Origin: Candidatus Multivoradales bacterium
GTDB lineage: Bacteria > Acidobacteriota > Thermoanaerobaculia > Multivoradales > JAHEKO01
Direction of reading: 5' to 3'
Length of the DNA: 64,000 bases
Assembly (NCBI GenBank): GCA_965223855.1
Contig: CBDCXM010000003.1
Span: 64,001-128,000 of the forward strand
Positions within the stretch are counted from its first letter, which is position 1, and each line of letters opens with the position of its first letter. Under the pieces are notes generated by a model, which worked only from the letters and a program-made list of their open reading frames with translations, did not search any database and was not told the DNA's origin. Below are positions 39,307 to 51,631 of this stretch, piece after piece. Position numbers and translations under genes: made by a program.

Positions 39307-39861
39307 CTACCGGAAGCCGCGCCGCAGTTCCTGGCGGAACGTGGTGAACGCGTCCTCTCCGTAGAGGACGACGACCACCCGGTCGAGCTTGGTGCCGCCC
39401 TGCAGGTAGCGGTGGATCTCCGTGAGGGTGACGCGGGCACAGCGGTCGAACGGGAAGCCGAAGGCGCCGGTCGAAATCGCCGGCAGGGCGATCGACTTGA
39501 GACCGTGGCGGTCGGCGAGAGCGAGCGACGCCCGGACCGCGGAGGCGAGCTTGCGATCTTCGTCACCTTCGCCCTTCTTCGGGCCGACGGCATGGATGAC
39601 GTGGCGCGCGGAGAGCTCCCCGGCGCCGGTCAGCACGGCCGTGCCTACAGCGGTTCCACCGATGCGGTCGCATTCGTTCTGGATCGCCTCGCCGGCCTTC
39701 TTGAGAATGGCGCCGGCGACTCCTCCGCCGAGCTTCAGCTCTTCATTGGCGGCATTGACGATGGCATCGACCGTCAGCTCGGTAATGTCTCCTTCGAGGA
39801 GCTCGAGCTGGGCCGAATCCATCCGGATGGTGATATGTCGGGTCTCGGTCGTCTGAGCCAT
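39307..39861 (-). CDS. Macro domain protein (ADP-ribose/O-acetyl-ADP-ribose processing, YmdB-like)
   Basis: GDIT, DAIVNAAN, GGGVAGAI, VIHAVGP and PAISTGAFG motifs. Confidence 0.92.
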   Translation of the reverse strand: MAQTTETRHITIRMDSAQLELLEGDITELTVDAIVNAANEELKLGGGVAGAILKKAGEAIQNECDRIGGTAVGTAVLTGAGELSARHVIHAVGPKKGEGDEDRKLASAVRASLALADRHGLKSIALPAISTGAFGFPFDRCARVTLTEIHRYLQGGTKLDRVVVVLYGEDAFTTFRQELRRGFR

Positions 39862-40019
39862 ACAGCACTACTCTCCCCACGTCTGGCGCGGTCGATTTCG
39901 GGGCCCGGAGGAATCTCAGGGCAGAACGCTGAGTGTATCAAGGCTCGGCGAAGTCGAAAAATCCCCCTGGGCAAGCCTGTCTTTGCGCGACGCACGGCCG
40001 CAGGTAGACTCCGCTCGCC

Positions 40020-41939
40020 GTGCTGACAGAACTCAAGCAGGAATTGCGTCACCACGTGGCCCGGCGCGTTCGGGAGCTCTACGACCTCGAGCATGAGCCG
40101 GTGGTCGAGGTGCCGCCGCGCCGTGATCTCGGGGACTTCGCCTTCCCCGTGGGTCTCCACCTGGCGCGAGAGCTCAAGCGCAACCCGCGCCAGATCGGCG
40201 AGGAGATCGCGAACGGCCTCGAGCTGCCCGACATCGTCGTCGAGACCCGGGTGGAAGGGGCGGGCTACGTCAACGTCTTCCTCGATCGTTCGCGGATTGC
40301 GGCGGGACTGCTCGAAGCGCCTGTCCTCGAGAAGCCGGGCGAGCCGCTGCCCAAGGTGGTGGTCGAGCACACGAACATCAACCCCAACAAGGCGGCGCAC
40401 ATCGGCCACCTGCGCAACTCGGTGCTCGGGGACGTGCTGGCGAAGGTCCTCCAGACGCTCGGGCACCCGGTCGAGATCCAGAACTACATCGACGACACCG
40501 GCGTTCAGGTCGCTGACGTCGTCGTCGGATTCTGCGACCTGCGTGGGATGGGTGCCGACGATATTGCCGCGCTGCCGGAGCCTTTCGACTACACCTGCTG
40601 GGATCTCTACGCCGAGGTCGGCCGCTGGTACGAGGAGGATCCGACGCGCCAGGAGCTGCGTCGAAGCACGCTCCACGAGCTCGAGTCGGGCGAGGGGGAA
40701 CGGGCAGAGATCGGCCGGCTGGTAGCGAGCCGCATCGTGCTGCGCCATCTCGCGACGATGGCGCGCCTCGGGATCGACTATCACCTTCTGACCCACGAGA
40801 GCGCGATCCTCGAGCTCGACTTCTTCGCCGACGCCTTCGAGCGGCTGAAGGAGAGCGGCGCCGTGCGGCTCGAGACCGACGGCAAGAACGAAGGATGCTG
40901 GGTGATGCCGCTCTCCCAGAGCGAGGAGTTTCAGGGCCTCGAGGACCCCGACAAGGTGATCGTCCGCTCCGACGGCACCGTCACCTACGTCGGCAAGGAC
41001 ATCGCCTACCAGATGTGGAAACTCGGGGTCCTGGGGCGGGACTTCGGCTACCGCTTCTGGGACGAGGCCAAGCTGTGGCAGACCGTCGCCGACGGCGTGG
41101 TCGAGCACCCCGAGTTCGGGGGCGGCCACACGGTCATCAACGTCATCGACGCGCGCCAGAGCTACCTGCAGAAGATCGTGCGCGCCGGCGTCGAGGCGGT
41201 CGGTCACCCGGAGGAGGCGGAGCGCTCGATCCACTTCGCCTACGAGTTCGTCTCGCTCTCCGCCGCCACGGCGCGGCAGCTCGGCTTCCTCGGCGACGAC
41301 GACGAGGGGGAGAGCCTCGAGATGTCGGGCCGCAAGGGGATCGGAGTCAAGGCGGACGATCTGATCGACCAGCTCGAAGCGAAGAGCCGGGAAGAGATCG
41401 CGAGCCGCAACCGCGACCTCGCGGACGAAGAGCTCGACGCCCTCGCTCACGACATCGCGGTGGCGGCGATCCGTTTCTTCATGACCAAGGCGACCACGAC
41501 CCGCACCATCGCCTTCGACATCGACGAGGCGCTCGCCTTCGAGGGGGAATCGGGCCCCTACCTGCAGTACTCGATGGTGCGGGCGCGCAACATCCGGCGC
41601 AAGCTCGAGGAGGCCGGGCTCTCCTCAGACGTCACCGGCGGCGAGATGGCGGCGCTGGCGCCCGAGGTGTGGAGCGACGACCTGTGGAATCTGGTGCTGG
41701 CGGTCGGGCACTGCCAGGAGAAGGTCGCGGCGACCGGTGAGACGCTCGAGCTGTCGATCGTCGCCCGCCATGCGCTCGACCTCGCGCAGCAGTTCAACGG
41801 GCTCTACCACAAGCACCCGATCCTCCACGAGGAGGACGAGGCGCTGCGAATCGCGAGGCTCGGGGTCACCCGGATCTTCGGTCGCGGCCTCGCCGCAATG
41901 ACTGAGCTGCTCGGCATCCCGCTGCCGCAGCGGATGTAG
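40020..41939 (+). CDS. argS: Arginine--tRNA ligase
   Basis: VEHTNINPNKAAHIGHLRN, MSGRKG and GPYLQYS motifs. Confidence 0.95.
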   Translation: MLTELKQELRHHVARRVRELYDLEHEPVVEVPPRRDLGDFAFPVGLHLARELKRNPRQIGEEIANGLELPDIVVETRVEGAGYVNVFLDRSRIAAGLLEAPVLEKPGEPLPKVVVEHTNINPNKAAHIGHLRNSVLGDVLAKVLQTLGHPVEIQNYIDDTGVQVADVVVGFCDLRGMGADDIAALPEPFDYTCWDLYAEVGRWYEEDPTRQELRRSTLHELESGEGERAEIGRLVASRIVLRHLATMARLGIDYHLLTHESAILELDFFADAFERLKESGAVRLETDGKNEGCWVMPLSQSEEFQGLEDPDKVIVRSDGTVTYVGKDIAYQMWKLGVLGRDFGYRFWDEAKLWQTVADGVVEHPEFGGGHTVINVIDARQSYLQKIVRAGVEAVGHPEEAERSIHFAYEFVSLSAATARQLGFLGDDDEGESLEMSGRKGIGVKADDLIDQLEAKSREEIASRNRDLADEELDALAHDIAVAAIRFFMTKATTTRTIAFDIDEALAFEGESGPYLQYSMVRARNIRRKLEEAGLSSDVTGGEMAALAPEVWSDDLWNLVLAVGHCQEKVAATGETLELSIVARHALDLAQQFNGLYHKHPILHEEDEALRIARLGVTRIFGRGLAAMTELLGIPLPQRM

Positions 41940-41960
41940 CCGCGCCTTACCGCCTCGGTC

Positions 41961-44021
41961 TCAGTACGCGAGCAGCTCGCGGGCGGCCGCGACGACGTCG
42001 TCGGACGACGGCAGCAGCTCCGACTCGAGCGGACGGGCGTACGGCACCGGCCGGTCGGGGTAGGTCACCCGCCGGACCGGCGCGTCGAGCCAGGCGAAAG
42101 CCGAGTCGGCCACCCGCGCCGCCACTTCGGCGCCGAAGCCCGCCGTCCCCTGCGCCTCGTGCGCCACCACCACCCGCCCGGTCTTGCGCGCCGAGGCGAG
42201 CACCGTCTCCTCGTCGAAGGGGACGAGGGTGCGCAGATCGACGACCTCGGCGGCAACTCCCTCAGCTGCCAGTTTCTCCGCCGCGTCGAGGCACCACCAG
42301 GTCGAAGAGCCGTAGCCGACCAGGGTCACGTCGCTCCCTTCGCGCCGCACCGTAGCCACACCGAGCGACGCCGGAGGCACCTCCTCCGGCAGCTCCTCCT
42401 TGATCCGCCGATAGAGGAACTTGTGCTCGCAGAAGAGGACCGGGTTCGGATCTCGGATCGCTGCTCGCAGCAGCGCCGCCGCGTCCCGCGCGGTCGCCGG
42501 GCAGACGACCTTGAGGCCGGCCACATGGGCGAACCACGCCTCCGGGTTCTGCGAGTGGAACGGACCCGCCGTGACGCCGCCGCCGGAGGGCAGCCGCACC
42601 ACGATCGGGCACGGCACCTCCCAGCGGTAGTAGAGCTTCGCCGCCACGTTGACGAGCTGGTTGAATCCGCAGGAGACGAAATCGGCGAACTGCATCTCGA
42701 CCACCGACGGGCGACCCGAGAGTGCGGCGCCGATAGCGATGCCGATCGTGCCGCTCTCGGCGATCGGCGTGTCGAGCACCCGCTCGGGCCACCGCTGGTG
42801 GAAGCCGCGGGTGACCCGGAAGGCCCCTTCGAAGGCGCCGATGTCCTGCCCCATCACGAGCAGGTTCGGATCGGCCTCGAGCTCCGCCTCGAGGGCGCGA
42901 TGGATCGCCTCGACATAAGTCACCGGCTCGCCGGCGACCGCAGGTGACTCCTCCACCTCCTCGGTTCGCTGTAGCGACTCCGCAGGCGCGAAAACCGGAC
43001 GTCTCGCCGACGCCGGTTCCGGAGGATCGGCCGCCAGGGCACCGTCGATCGCCTCCTCCACCATCACCGCGATCCGCGCCTCGAGTTGTTCCCGCACCTT
43101 CGGCTCGAGCACTCCTTCCGCTTCGAGGCGTTCCGCGTAGTTGGGCACCGGGTCGGCCGCGAGATAGGCCTCGAGCTCCGCCGGCGGCACCACCTTGAGC
43201 GAGTCGTCGCCTTCGCTGTGACCGCGCATCCGGCCGAGCATCGCCTCGATCAGGGTGGGGCCTCTGCCGTCACGGCCTCGCGCCACCGCCTTGTCCAGCG
43301 CCGCCGCCATCGCATCGGGATCGTTGCCGTCGACCGTCTCGGCCGCCATGCCGTAGCCCGCGCCGCGATCGGAGAGCTGCTCGCACGCATACTGCAGGGA
43401 GGTCGGGGTCGAGAAGGCGTAGCGGTTGTTCTCGATCACCAGCACCAGTGGCAGCTTCCAGACCGCCGCCATGTTGAGTGCTTCGTGAAAGTCGCCGGTC
43501 GAGGTGCCGCCGTCGCCGATGAAGTTGATCGCCACACGGTCGGAGCCGGCCTTGCGGTGAGCGAGCGCAGCACCGGCGGCCACCGGGATCATCGAGCCGA
43601 GGTGGCTGATCATCCCGATATGGTGAATCCCGGCCTCCGGCTCGAAGTAGCCGTAGTGAAACGAACGCTCCACACCCTGCGAGAAGCCCGAGCCCCTGCC
43701 CAGGAGCTGGCAGGAGAGACGATGCATCAGCACCATCGGGTCGGGCCGCCGACCGTCGCTCGCGCCGAACCCGAAGCCGGGGAAGGCGCGCGCCGGGTCG
43801 AGATAGCAGGCGAGGATCGCCCCGAGATCGCGATGGAGCGAGCACAGCGTGTCTCCCGGGCCGATCGAGAGGCCCGCGGGCACGGTCGTCGCCTCGTTGC
43901 CGACCTCGCTATACCACTTCGCCACCCGCCCGGTCTTGAGCAGGTACTCGAAACGCGCGTCGAAGTCGCGCGTGAGCTTCATGAGGGCGTACCGCAGCAG
44001 GCGGTCGCGGGAGCCGGTCAC
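41961..44021 (-). CDS. 2-oxoacid dehydrogenase E1 alpha/beta fusion
   Basis: GDGGTSTG...ENNRYA TPP motif, RMRGHSEGD, DTPIAE, EMQFADF, GPFHSQ and VDLRTL; GTG start at 44021 inferred. Confidence 0.92.
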   Translation of the reverse strand: MTGSRDRLLRYALMKLTRDFDARFEYLLKTGRVAKWYSEVGNEATTVPAGLSIGPGDTLCSLHRDLGAILACYLDPARAFPGFGFGASDGRRPDPMVLMHRLSCQLLGRGSGFSQGVERSFHYGYFEPEAGIHHIGMISHLGSMIPVAAGAALAHRKAGSDRVAINFIGDGGTSTGDFHEALNMAAVWKLPLVLVIENNRYAFSTPTSLQYACEQLSDRGAGYGMAAETVDGNDPDAMAAALDKAVARGRDGRGPTLIEAMLGRMRGHSEGDDSLKVVPPAELEAYLAADPVPNYAERLEAEGVLEPKVREQLEARIAVMVEEAIDGALAADPPEPASARRPVFAPAESLQRTEEVEESPAVAGEPVTYVEAIHRALEAELEADPNLLVMGQDIGAFEGAFRVTRGFHQRWPERVLDTPIAESGTIGIAIGAALSGRPSVVEMQFADFVSCGFNQLVNVAAKLYYRWEVPCPIVVRLPSGGGVTAGPFHSQNPEAWFAHVAGLKVVCPATARDAAALLRAAIRDPNPVLFCEHKFLYRRIKEELPEEVPPASLGVATVRREGSDVTLVGYGSSTWWCLDAAEKLAAEGVAAEVVDLRTLVPFDEETVLASARKTGRVVVAHEAQGTAGFGAEVAARVADSAFAWLDAPVRRVTYPDRPVPYARPLESELLPSSDDVVAAARELLAY

Positions 44022-44166
44022 CGGCGGTGCTCGGTCATGACGCGCGGAGTCTACGGCCGGCTCTCGGGAGCGGGCAAGAGCCGGGAAAGGGGGGACGGTG
44101 GACCGTCGCACGAGGTCGCACGGAGCGCTCTCCGCTTCGAAGCCACTACGGATCGAAAGTTCGGGC

Positions 44167-46431
44167 CTAGAAGATCTGTCCGAGGAACAGATAGACGGAG
44201 TTCGTTCCCCGGTCCGACGAACCGTAGCCCAGATAGAGCGGGCCGACGAGCGTCTCGCGACCGACAAACAGAGCTCCCGAGGTGACGAGGTCGCTCAGGT
44301 CAGCCTCTGTCGTGCTCTCCCAGACGTTTCCTGCCTCGAGCGCCGCGCCCGCATAGAACCCACCGATCCGCCGGTAGTAGCTCAAGCTTGCCAAACCGAG
44401 CACCTGGCCCCGGAGCTCACCCGCCTCGAACCCCGACAGGTTCAGGAACCCGCCCAGCTCGAACTCGGCGTAGATGGGCAGCTCGCTTCCGAGCGGCTCG
44501 CCGTAGCGCACCTTCGCGAGAAGCGTGTCGGGGCCACGGCTCCAGGCCTGAACTCCCCGGACTTCAAGGCGCTCGAACTCCAGGTCGGCACCGAGGTCGG
44601 CGCGCGACGCCGCGAGGTCGACGGAGACGAAGGCCCCTTCGCGAGGGAAGTGAGTATCGTCGAGCTGGTCGAGCGCGATCCTGACTCTGAGCGCTCCGGT
44701 GTCCGAGTCCAGCTCTGCGCCCTGCTGTGGTGCGAGGTTGACGCGCCCGGTTTCCACGCCCAGGGATAGCTCAGCGTAGTTCTGCAGGTGCACCCCGACA
44801 TCGATACCCAGGCTGTAGGCCTGGACATCGACCTGGCCGGAGTCGTCGGCCCTGTCCAACACCTGGTCTCTCACTCCCGTGACGTAGGGTCTCAGGAAAC
44901 CGAAGCCGCGGTAATCCAGGGGCTGGAAGAGCTCCGTCGATATGGAGGTGACGTCACCAGCCTGCACGATCGTTCTCCACTCGGCTCCGAAGGCGTTGAG
45001 CTGGCTGCGGCGGATGTTTGCCAGAGCGAGAAACGAGGACTCGCCCTTGAGATTGGCGCTGAAGGCGAGCCCCGAACGCAGGTAGCCCGGGCCCCAGGTC
45101 TTGTCGATGGTGTCGATCGCCAGAACGGTTCGATTGCGATCCTGCTCGAGCCGGAAGATGACCTGCTCGAACTCACCAATCTGGTAGATGCGATCGAGGT
45201 CTGCCCGCAGGACCTCGAGATCGAGGACCGATCCGGCTCGGGTTTTCATCCGCCCCCGAATCTGGCGCTCGTCAACCCGCTCCGAACCGCCGACCGCGAT
45301 TTCCTGCACGACGAGATCACGGGGGCCTTCCGTCCGCCGCCGTTCCCGGTGCCGAAGGTGCTCGCGGTACTCCTCCTCCGGAACCGAGAGGCGAGCGAGA
45401 CGTTCCCGCTCACTCCGTGCCGCCTTCTCGCCAGCTTCGATTGCCTCGACGACCCGATCGAAGCTGGACGAGGTGATGTCCCCCAGCTCCGGAGTCAACA
45501 GGAGGTCGCGGCTACCGAGGCTCGCGAGGGCTCGCTCCCGCTCTCTACGGTTCAGCACACTGAAGGTCTGGCGGACGACCCCCACCGGGGTCTCCTCGTC
45601 GCGAAGAGACCGCTTCGGACTTCCGATATCGACGGCCAGCAGGCGCTCGGCCCCCATCGCCCGTCCGACGTCCAAAGGCAGGTTGGAGGCGATGCCGCCG
45701 TCCACGAGGGTTCGTCCGTCTCTGTGAACCGGCGAGAAGATGCCTGGAACCGCCATGCTCGCTCGGAGCGCTTCGGCCAGACTCCCGTCCTCCAGCACCA
45801 CGGCGTCTCCGGTCTCGAGGTCTGCCGCCACCGCCCGAAAGGGAATGGACAGGTCGTCGAAGTGTTCGATCGCCACCGTGTGCAGGGTCAGCTGCCGGAA
45901 GATGAAGCTGAGTGTCTGGCCGGAGATGAGGCCGGCTGAGGACTTGAGCCCGCCCCGCCCCACTCCGAGTTCCAGCCGCAGCAGCGGAAGCAGGTCGTCC
46001 TGCTTTCTTCGAAAGTGGATCTTCCGGCGCGCAGGGTAGTCGTTGAAAGCCTCGGCCCAGTCGACGGCCCGCAGCGCCGCATCCATCTCCTCCGGCGACA
46101 GCCCCGAAGCATAGAGACCCCCAACGATGGAGCCCATGCTGGTACCAACGACGCAATCGACCGGGATCCGCAGCTCTTCGAGCACCTTCAACACCCCGAC
46201 GTGGGCTGCTCCTCTGGCACCTCCGCCGCTCAGTACGAGACACGTCCTCGGTTGAGGAGCATCCTTCGCCCCGGCCGACCGGGGAGACTCGCACCATCCC
46301 CGGCCCGCCGCCAGGAGCAGCAAGGAGGCCACCAGGCTATGGACTGCATAGGTACGCCCACGGCCGGCACCGCCCCTCCAGGCCGACGGCAGGCTCCAGC
46401 AGCCAGAGCTCCTGTGCTTCCGACATCTCAT
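44167..46431 (-). CDS. Patatin-like phospholipase + POTRA + Omp85-type barrel (PlpD-like)
   Basis: LSGGGARG, GTSMG and DGG patatin motifs; POTRA-like middle region; C-terminal YLFLGQIF; start uncertain. Confidence 0.88.
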   Translation of the reverse strand: MRCRKHRSSGCWSLPSAWRGGAGRGRTYAVHSLVASLLLLAAGRGWCESPRSAGAKDAPQPRTCLVLSGGGARGAAHVGVLKVLEELRIPVDCVVGTSMGSIVGGLYASGLSPEEMDAALRAVDWAEAFNDYPARRKIHFRRKQDDLLPLLRLELGVGRGGLKSSAGLISGQTLSFIFRQLTLHTVAIEHFDDLSIPFRAVAADLETGDAVVLEDGSLAEALRASMAVPGIFSPVHRDGRTLVDGGIASNLPLDVGRAMGAERLLAVDIGSPKRSLRDEETPVGVVRQTFSVLNRRERERALASLGSRDLLLTPELGDITSSSFDRVVEAIEAGEKAARSERERLARLSVPEEEYREHLRHRERRRTEGPRDLVVQEIAVGGSERVDERQIRGRMKTRAGSVLDLEVLRADLDRIYQIGEFEQVIFRLEQDRNRTVLAIDTIDKTWGPGYLRSGLAFSANLKGESSFLALANIRRSQLNAFGAEWRTIVQAGDVTSISTELFQPLDYRGFGFLRPYVTGVRDQVLDRADDSGQVDVQAYSLGIDVGVHLQNYAELSLGVETGRVNLAPQQGAELDSDTGALRVRIALDQLDDTHFPREGAFVSVDLAASRADLGADLEFERLEVRGVQAWSRGPDTLLAKVRYGEPLGSELPIYAEFELGGFLNLSGFEAGELRGQVLGLASLSYYRRIGGFYAGAALEAGNVWESTTEADLSDLVTSGALFVGRETLVGPLYLGYGSSDRGTNSVYLFLGQIF

Positions 46432-46689
46432 CGCCACGTTTCTTCCAGCAGGACTTTCCGCAAGTCTACTTCGGCCGTCTATGGCGTCACGGTGGCTTCG
46501 AGCCGCGAAGCGGCAAACCACGCACTCGTGGAAGCACGGAAAGACGGGACTCTCGAAGCCGCGGGCGGTAACGAATGAGCGCCGCGCTCCACCAGCGAAG
46601 CCAATCCAGCGGCCGTAACGAAGCCGCCGCCCGGACCCACCATAATGGGCGTATCGGAACCGCCCCTCTTTCCTCCTGCGGAGATCCTC

Positions 46690-47949
46690 ATGCCTCGACT
46701 GCGACCCGTACGCCTATCAGCCACCCCCCGTCTCCTCGCCGCCCTCGCGGCACTCGTGCCGACGCTGGTCGCCACTGGCTGCGACGAGCCCGTCCAGGTC
46801 ACCCCGCAGTCGGCGACCGCGACCGGGCGGGTCGTCGGGACCGACGGCACCGGCGCTCCGCATGCTCCGGTGTCGATCACGGTCGCTCACACTCCCGGCA
46901 CCTCCGCTCCAAGGGTCGCGTCCACCAGCGCCGGTCTTCAGAACGTGCAGGGGATCGATCTGACGATCACCCGCACCGGAATCCCGATTGCCGAGAGCTT
47001 CTATCTGATGAGCCTCTCGCGACCGACACTCCATCCCGACAGCAACGATCCCGACGACGCCGTCGCCGGCGGTGCGGACGCCGACTTCGTCCGCGACAAT
47101 GTCGGCGACCTCGCCGAAGCCTACGTCGACACGCACGAGCTCGACGCGACTCTCACCCACAGTTTCAACGACTTTCCTGCGCCGCTTCCGAACGGCGAGA
47201 CCAATCCGATCCGGCCGGCCGGCGCTACCTATCTGGGGAGGATCGAGATCGACGACATCGCCATCCCGTTCAGCGATCCGTCGGCGGTGATCGACGTCCA
47301 GCGGCTGGCAACCCTCTTCTTCGACACCTTCTCGGCCGCGATCACCGGCGGCGCCGGGGCGAGCTACGTTCTGGGCGGGCCGGACGGCGACGGCGACTTC
47401 CGCATGCACTTCGTCCCCCACGTCACGCACTCGACGGTCACCCTCCCCGACCGCAACGTCAAGGGATTCGGTTTCATCTTCGCGGCGAGTCTCGGGATCC
47501 TCGATCCGGTCGTCGGCGCCGTCCCGATCGGCTCCGCCGACGTCTACCTGCCGGTCACCGTGCTGCTCGAGCCCGACGGCACAGTCGCCCCCTTCCGGGT
47601 GTTCGTCGATCCGTTCAGCATGCTGAACTCGGACACCAACCCGCCCGACAACCTCGAGCGGATCATGGTGGTCGCCGAAGGACTGGTCCCGGGCGCGATC
47701 GCCTCCGGCGTGCTCGACGCGGTGACCACCTCGATCGCCTCGACTTCCCAGGCGACCCTCGACACCCTCGACGACGGGCTCGACCTGATGGCGTCGGTCC
47801 TCGATGCTGCCCTGCCCTCGAGCGTCGACGATCTGCCCGACGATTGGGACCTGCTTCTCGTTCCGGAGAGCGCCCTCGGCGGCGTGGTGCGCAACCGGAT
47901 CCTGCCCGCGGCAGGGGGGGTTCCCGTCAAGCTCTACATCCTGCAGTAG
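46690..47949 (+). CDS. Hypothetical lipoprotein
   Basis: GGAG RBS; basic N-region, hydrophobic stretch and LVATG-C lipobox; no recognised domain. Confidence 0.65.
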   Translation: MPRLRPVRLSATPRLLAALAALVPTLVATGCDEPVQVTPQSATATGRVVGTDGTGAPHAPVSITVAHTPGTSAPRVASTSAGLQNVQGIDLTITRTGIPIAESFYLMSLSRPTLHPDSNDPDDAVAGGADADFVRDNVGDLAEAYVDTHELDATLTHSFNDFPAPLPNGETNPIRPAGATYLGRIEIDDIAIPFSDPSAVIDVQRLATLFFDTFSAAITGGAGASYVLGGPDGDGDFRMHFVPHVTHSTVTLPDRNVKGFGFIFAASLGILDPVVGAVPIGSADVYLPVTVLLEPDGTVAPFRVFVDPFSMLNSDTNPPDNLERIMVVAEGLVPGAIASGVLDAVTTSIASTSQATLDTLDDGLDLMASVLDAALPSSVDDLPDDWDLLLVPESALGGVVRNRILPAAGGVPVKLYILQ

Positions 47950-49590
<1,641 letters not shown>

Positions 49591-49678
49591 CGTCTGCTTT
49601 CCTCCTCCGCCCATTCCAGCAGGGGCGGTGGGAAATCCAACGATCCCGGCCGTCTCACCGACCGAAGGGAGGTTGGCC

Positions 49679-51091
49679 ATGCCATCAGTGATCTACGTAC
49701 CCGGGCTCCCCGGTTCCACGCTGCGGGCGCGCGACGGCGCCGGCAGCCGGAAGGTCTTCCCGCCGTCTGTGTTCGACGCCCTGCTCGGGCCCTCGGATGC
49801 CTACAAGGCGCTGCTCAAGGGCCCCGACGATCTCATGCAGGACGACGGCGTCTTCGCCGGCGAGCCGGTGCGGACGACGAGGTTCCTCGGCTTCGACCTC
49901 ATGAAGCAGGCCGACACCCTTTACGACCTGCTCGAAGGAGCGGGCGTGCCAGCGGCCATGCAGAACCGCTTCGGCTGGGACTGGCGGCGGCCGGTGACCG
50001 ACGACGCGCTTCCCGGCAGCGCGCTGAACCGGCTCGCGCTGGCTCTCGAGCAGACGGCGCAGCCGGTCGCCATCGTCGCTCATTCGACCGGCGGCCTGCT
50101 GGTGCGTCATCTCCTCGAGAACCGGCCCGATCTCCTCGGCGCAGTTTCTCGGGTGATCACGTTCGGCGTTCCATGGGCAGGAACTCTCAAGCCGCTCGCC
50201 GTCCTCGCCGGGCAGCACGGTTTCGGGCCGGTGTCGGCAGCCGACGCGCAGGAGATCTTCGCCTCCGCCTGGTCGGCGCTCGATGTCCTGCCTCGCGACA
50301 ACGACGTCGGCCTGGTGCGCGACGAGGCCGGACAGCGGGTCGATCCGTTGTCCGATCTGAGCTGGGTACCGACCGAGTACGAGACCGCGATCGGGAGCCG
50401 CGCCGCTCATTCCCTGGCGACGCTCGGCACACCCGACCAGCGCTGGGAACTGCCGATCCCGCTGACGAACGTCTGCGGATGGGGCACGCCCACCCTGATC
50501 GGGGCACTCCTGCGCAACGACGGCTCCCTGGCCTTCCAGCCCACGGAGTACGAGAACGACACCGGCATCCCGGTCGTCAACCTGCCGGAGGCGTTCCACG
50601 AGGGCGACGGCACGGTGCCGTTCGCCTCGGCCTCGTGGATCGAGGGACCGCTCGTCACCCACCACTTCGTGCCGATCGGATCGACCGAGAACGTGCACGC
50701 CTCGAACCGCAGACACAGCGAGCTGTGGCGCAACTCGTCGGTCGCGGCCCTCGTCGGCAGCCTGCTCGACAGCGGCTTCGCCGAACCGTTCACTACCGCT
50801 GCGGTCGATTGGTCGGACAAGGTCGACCCCGGCGTTCCGGTCAGGGTTCGCTACGTCCTCAGGTCGGCCGAAGGCGCACCGCTGCTCAACGCTCGAGCGC
50901 GGCTCGTCAACCTCGCGGGTGGCGGCGAGATCGTCTCAGTTCCAGACGCGGACGGCCGCGGACGCTTCGACGACGTCCCGCGCAGCCGCTTTCTGCGGAC
51001 CCAGGGCGGGCGCTTCCGGCGCGTCGAGTTTCTGCCGGAGTGGGACGGTGCGCCTACGCAGGAGGTGCAGCGGATGTTCATCGAGCCGTGA
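49679..51091 (+). CDS. Lipase/acyltransferase (LCAT/PGAP1-like alpha/beta hydrolase) with C-terminal extension
   Basis: YVPGLPGSTL, WDWRR, VAHSTGG nucleophile elbow, GVPWAG, GDGTVP and H-S-E-L; GGGAGG RBS. Confidence 0.8.
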   Translation: MPSVIYVPGLPGSTLRARDGAGSRKVFPPSVFDALLGPSDAYKALLKGPDDLMQDDGVFAGEPVRTTRFLGFDLMKQADTLYDLLEGAGVPAAMQNRFGWDWRRPVTDDALPGSALNRLALALEQTAQPVAIVAHSTGGLLVRHLLENRPDLLGAVSRVITFGVPWAGTLKPLAVLAGQHGFGPVSAADAQEIFASAWSALDVLPRDNDVGLVRDEAGQRVDPLSDLSWVPTEYETAIGSRAAHSLATLGTPDQRWELPIPLTNVCGWGTPTLIGALLRNDGSLAFQPTEYENDTGIPVVNLPEAFHEGDGTVPFASASWIEGPLVTHHFVPIGSTENVHASNRRHSELWRNSSVAALVGSLLDSGFAEPFTTAAVDWSDKVDPGVPVRVRYVLRSAEGAPLLNARARLVNLAGGGEIVSVPDADGRGRFDDVPRSRFLRTQGGRFRRVEFLPEWDGAPTQEVQRMFIEP

Positions 51092-51628
51092 TCAGGCGGT
51101 CGGCTCCTCCGAGTTCCCGAGCCGATCGAGCGACCACAACATGGTGACCGCCATCGCACCGGCGAGGGCGTTGATGACGACGTCCATGAGATCGTAGAAA
51201 CGATTCGGCAGCAGGTACTGGATCCCCTCGTCCAGCCAGCCGCAGGCGGCGGTCACCAGCACGGCCCAGATCGGCGCCAACCGGCCCCCGCCTGCGCGGA
51301 AGGCCTGATAGAGCAGCCCGCCCAGCACGCCGTACTGCGCGAAGTGCAGCTTCACCTCGACCGGCGAGACGGAGCGGATGGCGTAGAGATACGCCGCCGC
51401 AGCGATCGCCAGCACCGCGAACTGGGGAGGGCGAAAACGGCGCCTCACCGCCCAGGCCAGCACTGCGACCCCGAGCAGTGCAAGAACGGCCCAGACGGTG
51501 AGGCGCAGAAGGTCACGCTCCCGCAGGAACTCGGCGGCCGGCCGTGCGACGTACAGGGTCGAGTAGATCGCTGCGACCCAGGCGACGGCCAGCCACCCGT
51601 ACCAGCGTCCCTTGCGGGAAGGCGTCAC
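51092..51628 (-). CDS. VanZ family membrane protein
   Basis: Multi-TM; KLHFAQYGVLG, DEGIQYLLPNR and DVVINALAG VanZ pattern. Confidence 0.8.
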   Translation of the reverse strand: MTPSRKGRWYGWLAVAWVAAIYSTLYVARPAAEFLRERDLLRLTVWAVLALLGVAVLAWAVRRRFRPPQFAVLAIAAAAYLYAIRSVSPVEVKLHFAQYGVLGGLLYQAFRAGGGRLAPIWAVLVTAACGWLDEGIQYLLPNRFYDLMDVVINALAGAMAVTMLWSLDRLGNSEEPTA

Positions 51629-51631
51629 CGG

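Noticed and set aside
38880-39364. Short ORFs across the apgM-macrodomain intergenic region
   Set aside because: No RBS or protein-like composition; sequence is better explained by the inverted structured elements
49598-49635. Hairpin after thiC as a rho-independent terminator
   Set aside because: Imperfect stem with a large loop and no downstream U-tract on the + strand
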